NCBI GenBank assembly: GCA_003344405.1
Contig: NOWV01000109.1
Location: forward strand, 62,001 to 126,000
DNA from: Trichoplax sp. H2
Taxonomy: Eukaryota
Length of the DNA: 64,000 nt
Reading direction: 5' to 3'
Position 1 is the first letter of the stretch. The number at the start of each line of letters is the position of its first letter. Both the position numbers and the translations under genes were made by a program. The notes under the pieces were generated by a model. The model ran no database searches, was not told where the DNA came from, and saw only the letters and a list, made by a program, of their open reading frames with translations. Positions 28,745 through 41,779 of the stretch are shown here, in pieces.

Positions 28745-31700
28745 CTAAATTCGTTCGCCTTCAACAGCGAAAGGCAAAGCGACTTCAACAGTGGATTGCG
28801 GTCTTTCACTTTGCGACTGTAGTGTATAATCAAAATAACGTGGACAATCAAATGCTGTTGCTGTTCGATTTCCTTCTTGTTTCATAGGATCCTTTGTTTT
28901 AGCACAAGATGATAACCTGTAATATATAATAACTTGCACTTAATCAAGCTAAATCGACAGCAAAATAACGTCCAATATATACACAAATTTTTATTTCCAT
29001 AGCATATTAACCTAATTTCGTATAAGGGAGGATACGAATAGCCATTAAAAGTCTTTCTTCGTCTCACTTCTTTAGTAATCTCTCGCTTTCTTTTACCCTC
29101 TCTGCAGAGATATACACAACTAGCGATGCAAAGGCCAAGAACTACCAAATTCAATATAAAATAAGATTCAATCAGAAATTACAGTTATAAAATAGCCTTA
29201 TTAATAAAGAGCGCATGCAATGCCATAGAAGTATGATTACGTACTTATTCCAACGACTAAACTTGTAATTATAGCCAACCAATGCCATACCAATAAGCCG
29301 AAAAGACTCCTATTCAAGAAGGGTACCTTTCCAGTCGAATTCGCTGTGAAAGAAAAAGTTGTTGCTGCTGATGGGAATGGGGTTCCTCGCTTAATAATGT
29401 TAGAATCAAGAAGTCGTATAAATTCCGTTGGCATAATCTATAGTTGTAAAGGATAGAGCGATATAACGTTAAAGATCAAACTGAAGACGCTATGATAGCT
29501 TTAAGGAATAAATAGTATAACCTTTTGATTTTGGATGGTTATAGTGAGCTCCCCTTTTGCTAATCGAGTTTTAATGGATTCTTCAGCTAGTAATGTCTGA
29601 GAGTATGAGCCTACTAAATTGAACTAAATAGAAGATACCGTATTATTAGGAGCAAGTTGCATTTCGCTGGTTTATACTACGTATTGGTATAATTCATTAA
29701 TAAGTATATCAGTATTACTAGCTCGATTATGTAAAAAAATGATGTAGCAATGAACCATAGCATAATATTTTAAAGTTAACTAGCATGGAATGAAATTGAA
29801 ACAGCATATCGAGTAATATAAACTGGAGAATAATATGTAGTAATTTTGTACCACTATCGTGGAGGTATCGGTACTATTGGGCTCGATATAGACGGGACCT
29901 AAAAGAGATGGCTAATGAAAGCCACAATAAATAAAAGAAATTATAGTTTTCTATCCAAACATCCATTAACTCTAAGAATATTGTCTAGGGTTCGAAATAA
30001 AGCTTACGTTAATACCAAGCGATGACTTAAACTGATCAAGCGCATTTTCAGCTTCAGTAGCTGGTAAAGCGTTAAAGTTATAAGGATATATAACCTTAAA
30101 GGGCAAAAAAAGACCTTAGTAATTACACTGATCAAGGAAAATGCGATGTCGATAGCTTGTGGCATTATGTTCTACAAGCTAAAGATATCACAAAACAATA
30201 ATCAATTTCGAACTATAACCAAATTTCAAAGTTAACAGTTACATGAAAAGGAACTTCTATGGTGGATCCGTCATCTACAAGAAAATTGTTAGAAGAAAAG
30301 CTTATTAAATTAATAGCATATTTATCATATAAAAACTACTGGTTGCGATACGTTACATAATAACTTAATTCTACAACGAAATATAGAATTTCTTCATCAT
30401 TTATTTATACATAAAGTAAATCCTTTTCTATTCGTACGTCTGTACTGGCAGATATTTTATTATTATTTAGCAATAAAGGGATTCGATCTAAAATTTGGTG
30501 AGTCTTTTATTCGAATTAATATTTAAATTATTGAACTCTAATTATAATTACTAGACATTCGGCGTTTATGAATAATAAATTTAACTTACCGGCGCATTCT
30601 CCAATATAAGGATGTGGCGACTGTCCTAATGGGCATGAAGTTAAACAGTCGCCGGACGAAGCAACAAGATTATTGTGGCAGGAAGTACAGTAAGTAGCAA
30701 CATTGAGGCAAGTGCTACATTGTGCAGCACAAACTATAATACGTAGGGTAGAATGCATAATAAGATCAAGCTAAGTAGGGTTATCATTATTTTAGGGCAG
30801 TGCTTTATTTGCTTCGTACCTTTACACGTAGAGTCAGATTGTGAGGCATAGTAGCCTTTTGGGCAGTCCACAACACAACTAGGAGGAGAGCTATGATAAT
30901 AGTATCCACTTTGGCATTTCTGGCAATTGTTGTTAGCATCACAGCTTTCACAATTGAATAAGCAATCCGCTTTAGCCTTTTCCAATCTCTCTCCTCGATA
31001 GTTTATTCCCTAAGAATTAAAAAAGAGTAATTATGATTAGTATGATAAGGGTTATAGCCTTGTATCAAGTTTGAGGATTATTATTAGGGTAATAGATGAT
31101 GAACAATAAGAAGTAAAGATGATAATAAGATTGATTCTGTCCTGAATCAGTGATAGATTTCATATCAATTTTAGATTTGCATCTATGATTGTAATTTAAT
31201 CATAACGGTGAATGAAAGTATATTACCGATACTTTTATCATTTCTGTTTAGTATCATGGAGGGTTATGAGGGATTAATCGGATTGAATTGGATTTTATAT
31301 TGCCTTATGTATATGAATATCACATTATTAGAGTGGCGTAGGCTGCAGCCGTACTATTGCACCTTTCTGGCCAGTCAACTCTTCCCTACATGATATCAAT
31401 AATTAAACAACCTACTATGGCTGAGTTAGCTGACTATGCAACAGGAATTAGCAACACACTTCTGGCTGTACTAGATTGGGTTATTATTAATCATACTAGT
31501 AAATTTCCCGTTCAACTGAACGGATACATATATCTAGACAAAGCTATACATTACAAGAAAATTCACAGCTAGATAATTTCTTACTACTGTTTATGTTGCT
31601 TTCTATAAATTGTGTAGCTATGGCAAAAATTACAAGGTCTAAGGTTGATCGAAGTAGAAATATATAGGACGTAGTAAAAGTTGTTAGGCTAATTAGATGC

Positions 31701-34700
31701 TCATTTAGCATGGATATCATCTAGTAGTGGATCGCATAGGTAATTGAAATGAAACGATCATACTTCATGCCCTAGCACATTGCATTATTTACTAATTGGT
31801 GGGACAGCAATGAGATTCATATACTCTATACTCTAAACCGTCTTGCGACTCTCAAACGGTTAATTATCACGACCGTTAAATAAACACGAATTTTTTTAAA
31901 TAGGATAGTATAGCTAAGCTTGATAACATTAAGTCAATGCTTCGAAGACTCTCAGCAGGCTAAGAGGAACGGCAACTTTTGTTTAAAGCTAGGTAAGTAG
32001 CACAACAGCGATCAAAATAATAAGATCGTATTAATAAAGTATGATTCTAAGGATTCACTGTACATGATATATGCAATTTATTATAAGATTATACCGTTAC
32101 GCAGCCAGATTCAGTAAGTGTTAACCGTATTAGTTTCCGTTGCGATAGTACTTAAAAATAATTCAGCTATGTCTCTATCACTTTTTAATAAATGACGATT
32201 TGTATCGGCACTGTATGGCTCTGAAATTGAGCTTTCGGACTTCAAAAACGAATCAGATGAAGCTCTTTCAAGTTTGCTGGTAATGGTATGCAAATGTAAT
32301 AGTATACCGTTCTGTATGTTAATTATCCACTTCGAGATACAAAGTGTCCGTCAACGTTGATTCTTTTTCACTAGCTATGCCAGTTAGAACTATTAAATAG
32401 CTCTACTATGACAATTCTCATTCTTCTACTCGAATAGTACTGCTCTTCTCAAAAGATCTCAAAAAACCTTCTAACGGAACTATTTATTATTTGTACTGTA
32501 AGGTCCGTTCATTGTCCTGTTTCTTTTTCTTCGAGAGATGAGAATTTTCTGTTTAAAAGTCCGATATGCATCAATATCTTCATGATGGCATCATAAATTG
32601 TTGTCAAGAATAAAACATTTCCTTTAAAACAAAGTTATCTGCGACCAAAATTGTTTCTCGCTCCAAATGTCGGCCATAGTGATGGCTTTTAGCAATTTAA
32701 TTTAATAATATCTACCACAATTGAAAGCATTACGCGTATTTTTCTGCACTGAAAGCTAACAGCAATGCAGGTATACAATCGCTAATAATAACCGGATATG
32801 GTCAAACTTCCAAAAATATTTACTGCTAATCTCAATCTTAGATGCAGTTAAACCTTCAATTTGTACGAAATGATGGTAAACAAAGAAGGACAAGCTGCCT
32901 GAAAGTATTACAGACTTTAATACGGTAATGTCTTACTGTTCGGGCACGATTAAAGTAAAGATTGATCAGATTAATCTGATCGAGATGTCATAGAAGGATA
33001 GCGAGGCTTTCAATATTTTTTGGTTACTTAAACAATTTTAAGATTAAAGCATTCGCTATGACTGGTAATTTAATTTACCGTAAACTCCTATTTGACGATT
33101 CTACTGATATACTGTAATTAATTATCGATCAATTTACTCAATTAAACAATAATAGCGATACGATGCAATTTGATAGTTTGTTAATTTATAAAATAGATTC
33201 GGATAAAACGAGTCAGTTGCCTAACTCTAGCCCATTTTGCATAAATTACTTTATATATTTCGTTTAAGCTACCCTAGATTGTCGCGAAGCAAGAATCCGA
33301 TAGCCCGAGTAAATTAAATAGGCGGAATTGATAGCAATCGACATGGTCCAAATGGAAGTTAAAAAGAAATAGAACCACTAGGCTACATCAATCTATTAAT
33401 TGAACTAGAACGAATCGAAATAGTGTACAATATCGAGGCCAACAACTATCCTTTAAATCTAAACTATATCTGGAATATTTGTTTACAAGGTGATCCTATT
33501 TCTATTAAATTCTCTACTCATCAATACTGTATGATTTTGTACCAATTGACAATCGTTAATAAAGCGCTTATTTGTGAACAGTAAAGGTTTGAATAGATGA
33601 GTTAGCCGCATTATTCCATTAATATGCTACAATAAATCTTTTCATAATATGTGACACAATAGTTCGTATCTAGACAGGTAAATGGGCAGAACTTTTAAAA
33701 CACAAGTGGAAAGACAGTATAAGGTACAGATTTAGGGATAAAGAAAAACAACAAGTTCCTTCGCTTTGATTCATCAGTTTATCCGATTATGTTGAAGGCA
33801 AAGTTCGTCAATTCTTGCAGTAAAAATTGCGTACTAGTTTTGTTGCGATTGTTCAACTACTTCAATAACTTGCTGAATAATCTGTCATTATTGGATTACC
33901 ATCACTTTTCTCCGATGTTGTGCAACGACATCTAACTTACTACTGTTTTCCCTTTTAGCGGTTGAACTTTTAATAACACTATCCAATTCCCTTCGCAATT
34001 ACTACAATACGAGGATAATTGACATAGGCACGGTATAATATAGCCTAGAAGAGCCTTGTGTATTGTCTTGCCTTTCCCTATGTCGGACAACAGTAGAAAA
34101 GCAAACATCCCTTATAGCACTTGAGTGCAATAAGCGCTACCGAAATTGACCCATAAAATACACTCGGATAAAATTGAAATTATACTCAACTCCATTCGCT
34201 ATTTCATGTTATCGTTAGTCTATCGCCGAGTGGCACGGGTGCACGATAATTTAATTTACTTTAAAGATCCACAAGGGGAAAAAAATTAAAAATAATTTGT
34301 AATTGCAAAGTTAAAGTTATAACTAACTTAAGATAATGGTTTATCAAAACATTTCAAGTCCGGTCTTTTTAAAGGATCAAATAGCCTCCGCTATTTCCTG
34401 TATAGTATACCTTTTTGAATAGCACTTGGAGCAACATGATCATGACATTCTGACTGTACACTTATGATCAACTGATCAATATCAATGAATAATTAATCAG
34501 AGAATAAATCTCTTTTTGGCTATCAGAACCGTTCACATCATAATTCGTAACAGTGCAAGTTTGGATGATTTAAAAGAAAAAGGTCTATCGACCGGAAAGT
34601 ATGGTGTGACTTGAAATAGCGGCGAGAAAAGGATGAATAAAATTTTCAACCTTTGGGGTAAAATTGCTGTAGTAGCCTGTAGCACCAATTTTAAATTTTT

Positions 34701-36160
34701 CTCGATAGTTTAATTTAAATGTCTCCGCCTGTAGCATAGAACTGTCGTTCAAGGCATAAGTTAGCCGTTATTTATAGAAACGCCCACAACTAGAGTGCAA
34801 AAAAAAATGGAAATCCTGCTTTGGCTACGTTAAAAAAATAAAAATACACCATAGCTGTGTCACTACTAGCAGTAAATCGGCACCTTAGATTGTGGTTTAT
34901 CCCGTACCGATCGATTGAAAAGTAGATAGGTTAGATAGTAGTAATTGGTGGCGGCCCATGATTTATTGACACGAACGCAGGCTACATTCTCTCTGTTTTT
35001 TTAACGATTTCGTGACTAGAGAAGGAGCCCGCTTGCACCCAGTGTACGACTATAATTGCACTGCAATCACTTAAAATCGCCTAAAGAGTAAAAATGACAA
35101 AGGCATATGCAATGTGGAATTTGCTGATAGCATCGTCTGTTTAGCATGGAATGAGATATTAGTTAGAGGAAATAAAATAAGGAACTAGCGAAAAATTCTC
35201 TTTATCGCAGCTGTTCTAGAAATATGTGGCGAGCTAGTAATTAACTTAGCCACTAAATCATTGGTAAACTGCAACGTTGAATGTAATGGATATGTCTTCT
35301 ATGGTTTATTGGCTGGCCAATTTGAGGTTTGTCAGTCAGTCTTTAGGAATACGAGTCAAAATAGTTACTTTACAGTACTGGAAGAACTAAGAGAAACGTT
35401 GACGATAGAGCAATCGCCTAACGTGAATAGCAGTGCTATCGCTAGTGAGATAGATGACCTATTCAAGAATGGATTGGTATCAGTTACTGTAACTTTTACG
35501 CTTACAACAAGGCGATGTTAGGCCAAGCGTTATCCCATCTTGAAACTATTACTTACTTTGCTAAGAATACATAAACATAGATCGATATCGAGATAATTAT
35601 AATGACTCACTGCTTGATTTGTAATTAAAACGGGTAGTACGATCAACTAGAGAATGTTGACATGATTTGAGTTTTCATCGCTATCCGATGATTCAGTTGA
35701 CCAGGATTACTATAGGATCATGTCCACATTTTCAAAGTCCATGCTAAAAATACGCTAGAAACAGGTTTAAACTATTGAACGTTTAAAACATTGAGTCATC
35801 AGTGAAAAGATGCTTATTTATTTCGAGACTTCCGCATTCAATTTAAACGGTAAAAGCTCCCTATTAAACTTATAATCTACAGTACTATAGCATTCAAAAC
35901 CTGTCGTTCGTCCGTCGATTACGGTATAAGACGATTAGTTTAGTGTAGATATTTCATGTCAATATTAAAAACACTTACTGACATGAGAATAGAATTAGAA
36001 CTAGAAATCGATGGCTGCTACGACGGCTACATACTGTACTGTGTGCAATGCAAGGCTTAACTGGTCAACTTACCACGCGATTGGAATATCCTCCCAATGC
36101 CATTGGTGCGAGAAAGGCAATCTGGATAGCAAGGATAAGACAACATGGCCAAAATGCCAT
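28745..36160 (-). CDS. Gene C: protease-less paralog; signal peptide - two furin-like Cys repeats - ~100 aa domain - stalk - TM - cytoplasmic tail
   Basis: Candidate first exon 36160-36074 MAFWPCCLILAIQIAFLAPMALGGYSNRV|GTAAG (phase 0) joins in phase to ~31009-30820 GINYRGERLEKAKADCLFNCESCDANNNCQKC... Then ~30732-30590 CAAQCSTCLNVATYCTSC; 30274-30243 DDGSTIEVPFH; 30094-30008; ~29898-29851; ~29623-29522 FNLVGSYSQ; 29437-29245 ...WHWLAIITSLVVGI; 29141-29012 ILGLCIASCVYLCREGKRKRE; 28916-28745. Each exon matches a C-terminal exon of gene D. The link to the first exon across ~5 kb is the least certain part. Confidence 0.75.
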
Positions 36161-39100
36161 CTTTTAGCTGGAGTGAATGGCCTTGGATTCAAAATAATAA
36201 ATAATTACTTTTAGCTGTTGCATGCAGTTATATAAAAGTGCACCAGTAGAATTGTACTAAATTGGATGCATAGTATGGCGTCTACTAAATAATTCATCAT
36301 TAATAATTCATATTATTAACGTAGAGTTGACAATAACCTTATTATGAATTCATCATTCAATGTGACACAATAAAATAGCTTAATGTAGAATAGCAAGCTG
36401 AAATATTCATTGACAAGTATTAACTGTAAGTTACCAAGAATTAATTAGATATGATTTACTTTACTGTATTATCTTGTTATTTTTTGATTATTTTAGTTGG
36501 TGAATCAGCACAGCTAATAAGTCTATTTTATTATTGGTTAGCACCTGACTGGGCGATATGGACAAAAATAGGCTACCGCACCATTAATATACAAGAAGCC
36601 ACATGGGTTACAACGAATGAAATTTAAAAAAATGAGCCTTTCTTATAACCTTCAATCCCTTGAGGTCTATACAAAAATATAGAGGCTTATCATTTGATTT
36701 TATCATCTGGAACGATTTAAAAGTTATCCCTAATGTTAGTCAAAGGTATGTTTACCAACCTACCATATGTTCCTCAAAAGCAAGAATGGATTATCCTGAC
36801 AAAATAACCATCAGAGTAATCTTGAAATAACACTGTATCATACATATTAGTGCACTCTAAATAAACTATTCAATGGTCAACGATACCATTCCGAAAATAG
36901 GGATTTAAGATGGCTCAAAGTACGAAAAGAGCTAACAAAAAATCCATTTTGGTAATGGGAAGGTTTATAATACAGTAATATTCGGCCTTATTATAGTAAT
37001 AATAATATCAAAAAATTTTCCAAATGGAAGTGCCTCCTAAACTTGCAAATACTGAACTGTAGCAGTGTGCTTAGTGTACATTTAGACAATAAAACTGAAA
37101 CAATTGCATCTGGATAATCTTTTGTACACAATATGGAGCAAAGCATTTACTGTATCATGGAATTATTATGATCATCTTAACATTGAATTAAATAAATACT
37201 CAGTATGCATGTAGCCAGCAAACTGAAAAATTATAATTACACCTGGATAATCTATTGTATACAATATAGAAGTAGGATACTACTTTACTACGGAATCATC
37301 GTGGCCCATTTAACATAGAACTAAATAAACGAATGGAACTATAAAATCTAGAGCAAATTTATGCTCTATAATTATATCATATACCGTACGTTTGCTTCCT
37401 ATGCAAATTCAAAAATATTGAACCCCGGCAACTAAAGAATACATCACTTAGGTTATCATCTCTGCTAGAGTCCAGCAGTTTGACTCTGTAGTAGCAGTGG
37501 GTGGCTAGCTTTGAATACTTTGTTAACTTAGAAAGCAGTTGTTGGCCTTGACTTACTAAGTTACGTAGTCAGTAAGCAGTGGGATATAGATGGACGTATT
37601 ATCGAAATCAGTTGTTCTTCGTTATTATTTCCAAACCTACTTTTCCTCTTTTCTTGATGGCGGGCCAATTCTGGACATTGCCCTTTAACGAAATACAATT
37701 GAGTAAAAGTCTAATTCTCGATGAATTTTAAATGGGAAGCAATACGAAAAGATAATAATACGTTTAGAAATCCATCCACCCTGCAAAAACATATGCGCAC
37801 AGGCTGCTAAATTTATACTACACTTCTCGAAAAATAACATATACCTTACTTCATAATACGATGAAGTAAGGTAGTCAACTGAGTCCTGATGTATTAAATA
37901 CTTAGTAGGTTTGAAGTAAAAGTAATCTTGACTTGTTGTTTATTTCAGCTTGCAAATTTGAACTATAATTAATACATGGATTACATACCATTTGCTAGAT
38001 TGATTGATATGATATTACGCAATTTAAAAGTAGCATTATAATCTCGCTTAGGACTTTCATAAATCATAGCAGTAAATTGCATGATTAACCAGTTACAGCA
38101 AATTAATCAATGGCCCTCCATAACATTGAACTTTGCTACATGATAATAGAGGCCTTGTATTTTTAAGAGAATAAAGTAAATTGTGAAATTTAATGTATTC
38201 GTTGGGGTTGCACTATCTTGCAGGTTAGGAATGTTTACTATAAGATGCAAAGATGATAAAAATCCCTCCTACTTACATGACTTAATGATTTCTCAGGAGC
38301 CTGTCGTTAACTGCATGGGCGCTTTCCGTATTCATACAGAAGTAATTAATGCACAGTAGTCAGTCTCTTCAAACTACCTTTAAATCGCCAATAAACAGCA
38401 GGTAGCATCTCTGGTCGTAAACAGTGTTTACTGGCGGTTTACTATGGGCAGTACCCCATTCAATCAATTAAAAGAAGTTTCGGTTAATTAACCGTCAACT
38501 TGCTACAAGCATGTCATTACTCTATATTGTAATATGATATGGTGTAGTAATTGCCATCACGATCCCTATGTTCACCAGATTGAAGTAGAAAATTGCACAA
38601 TTACACTTTTAGTCTCACTCACGAATATCGATTTAGCATATTTTATAAATATTACTACTACCTTGGCATATCATATTAAAGTAGTAATAGCAGTTACTTT
38701 TGTTCTACTACCCATTAATTGTCCCTATTCATTGATTGACCTTCAAAATCATCCGATCGTTCTTAAATAATTTTTCTCTCCGTTTCAACATCAAGATTAA
38801 TCAAGTTATGGACTTTAATTTATTACAGTAAATTTTTACCTGGCCTAATAGTGCTCTAATAGCACGTTATAGATACTTACTTAATACGATTGAGCCATAA
38901 ACTTGCAGCAATGATACGTCATGTATACGAAAAAATTCAGTAAAAGCCACCATTACTTCTTGCATTGCAGCCTTGCAATGATATCATTAAGCTCTTAATG
39001 ATGTTATTTTCAAAGCAAAGAATGCCGCAACAGGTGCTCGAAATTTTAAGAACAATGATTGTCTAGCCTTTTAGATGAATCTATTCCTGTTGAATTGAAT

Positions 39101-40552
39101 TTATTCCTATCAAAACAATATTACATGAGGCGACAACTTTCTTTGGTTTTGACATGAACGAAACAGTGACAACAGGGGATAGATTTAAAGTCGATAGTTT
39201 GAACCGTAGATATGATGATCCAAATTTTGAAGGATTGTATAATTTATTCTCATGTTGAGTTTATTTTTCACCATTCATTTTAATCTAGCGCATGAATATA
39301 AGGTTCTGTCTATCGATAATTGACATTGCTTTAGACAGCATCTTGATAACAGTGATTGTTGATATCGTACAGTCGACAATTGCCCTTAAATTCTTACATG
39401 TTATACTGCATGCTATACTGCATGATATTTCATATTCAGTGTGACATAGCTGCATATCAATTTATATATGGATATATCAAGCATTAAATCAAAGAAAATA
39501 ATATTAGTATACCGAATTAGACTGAAAACTATTTAGAATGGAAAATATCTAATACCTAGACTGAAGTCCAAAATAAAAAGGAAATCAATACCTGTTTTCA
39601 ACACGCAATAATCTCTATCTATGAATTTATGAATTTCTAGCACATATTTACAACTGACTTCAATTAAACTTATTTAAACATTAATTTAATAAACATTTTA
39701 GCCATTGAGTCTATCGCAAATATGACAGGTGAATAAGACCATTATGCTTGCTTGGTTGGAGTCCCCGCTATGATTACAAAAACCAATGATATCGACTGCA
39801 AACCAATAGCCATAATTTATTCAAGTAGATTTATTCATTCATATATTTTTACATTCTTAGAATAGTTGTGTCGTTTTGCTCTATTTTATGCAACTAACAA
39901 AAAATGATGCAAAAATTTTCACTTTTTATTTCTTCAAATTAGACTAATGTACATCGATATTGCCAATGTTCACCCAAAAACAGATAGCAATCAACACGTT
40001 AGTAGAGGAGGCGCAACAATAAAAATCATACCACTAATCGCATATTATCAGAATTAAATCTAAAGAATAAGAAAGAATATAATATTTCATATTCGACATT
40101 AAATCAGGCAAAGACTTATTTCTCATTTAAATTAATATTTAACGGTAAATAACTTATCAGATCAAAACGATAAGTACTGCTGTAATATTACATTACTTAT
40201 TTTACGTTACTAATTACCGTAATTATTACGATAACCTGATCATTTCTAATCATGCATGAAGGTCATTTGCTTAGCTTAATGGCATATTGAAAAATGGCCA
40301 CCCGTGGCTCGTAATGGTCAATTATATAATTCTACCGGTAAAATTAGAAAGACTGTTGCGTAATATTTTCGTTCAAGTTGCTATTGATACAGCAAATTTG
40401 TCAGAATTTAAAGAAGACATTTGTTGCTTTAGGAAATGATTATTATATATTACCAGATCAATCCTTTTCGGCAGTTAGTAATAACTTCATGGACATAAAT
40501 GTTAAGTAGACGAGAAAAACTGTGTCAGGAGGGCTCAGACAACAAATTAAAC

Positions 40553-41130
40553 AGACTAACGTTATATAATTACGCATACAGTCCATAGCCTTCATTTACT
40601 CTTAGAGCTAGAAACTAAAATATCTCTGCCAAAACTTAACTACAATATAATCCAATATTCCATCTGAATCTATAGTGAAACTATGCAAGGCTTTGTATCT
40701 ATTCGCTATAGAAAAGGAGTAAATCTCTCAATAAATATCAAAACTCTACATTCCTGAAAAATCAATTTATGCGTTAGATTTATACGTATTAGACTACCGT
40801 TATATAATTACGCATAAAGTCTATAGCCTTCATTTACTCGTGGCACTTTCTCGATGTATAATCTTTCTTATTAATCACATTGCTTTAATACTAAACCTAA
40901 TTACGAAAGAGCGAATCTGTTAAGAGCTTCAATTGCAGTAGAATTGAATATTGCTTACTAATAATGGCTAGTTCCTCTCTTAACTTAGAGAGAGCTAGAA
41001 AGTAAAATATCTCCGCTTAAGCTTAACTACAATGTGATCCAATATTATGTCTAAATTTATAGTGAAAATAAGCAAGGTTTTATATCTGTTCGTTACAGAA
41101 AAGGGATAATCTCTCAATAAATATTAAAAC
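40553..41130. repeat. Degenerate direct duplication; second copy interrupted by a ~150-bp insert
   Basis: agacta.cgttatataattacgcata.agtc.atagccttcatttactc occurs at 40553 and 40790. agagctagaa..taaaatatctc...cttaactacaat..atccaatatt...tctctcaataaatat follows at 40604 directly but only at ~40989 in copy 2. Confidence 0.8.
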
Positions 41131-41779
41131 GCAACTTTCTTGTATATGAATCAATTTTACTGAAATCACAGGTATCTCTTCAAAATACAACATCATAATT
41201 TCGATAAAATTTTATGAAAGCGTTTATATGCGTTGCTCTCCATTCTGGCAAAATTGAGTACCGAGGTATGCAAAGGGTAAAATGGATAGTCCTTTGTCCT
41301 TGTATTTTATATCATCTGTTGTTGAAATACACTACTACAGTGTCTAATAGCAAAATCAACCGTAACCATTCACAATTTGTAATCTTAAAATAACTTTATT
41401 CAACTTTCGCGATAACGCTGATTTAAAAAAAATTGTAGTAATAAGTGGTATTTAATTAAAGATAAACTTTTTCAAGACTATTAAGATGTATCCGGTAACA
41501 ATTCAAACCGAAAATTACGTCCCAATCTCAATCTATAGTATAGGCTTCGTTAATACCAATTCTTTATTTACTTTTCAGTTAAAGTTTCCCTGTCGCTTCT
41601 ATATACTGTCAAAGTAAAAAGTTAATCGAATTAATTCGTAAACTAGAAGGTAAAATTCATGATAGTAATTACATTACGCTCCATTTAAAAGCTTCTGTGA
41701 AGGTTAAATTACATAATTACGCCTTATTTCATTATTAATTTTCAGTTTAATCCTCCTTCATATACCCTATCAAACTTAC

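Noticed and set aside
32111-32700. Minus-strand short ORFs that might be extra gene C exons
   Set aside because: No consistent splice phase and no similarity to paralog exons.
35261-35521. 86-aa plus-strand ORF inside the gene C intron
   Set aside because: Non-ATG start, no recognisable family and no linked exons.
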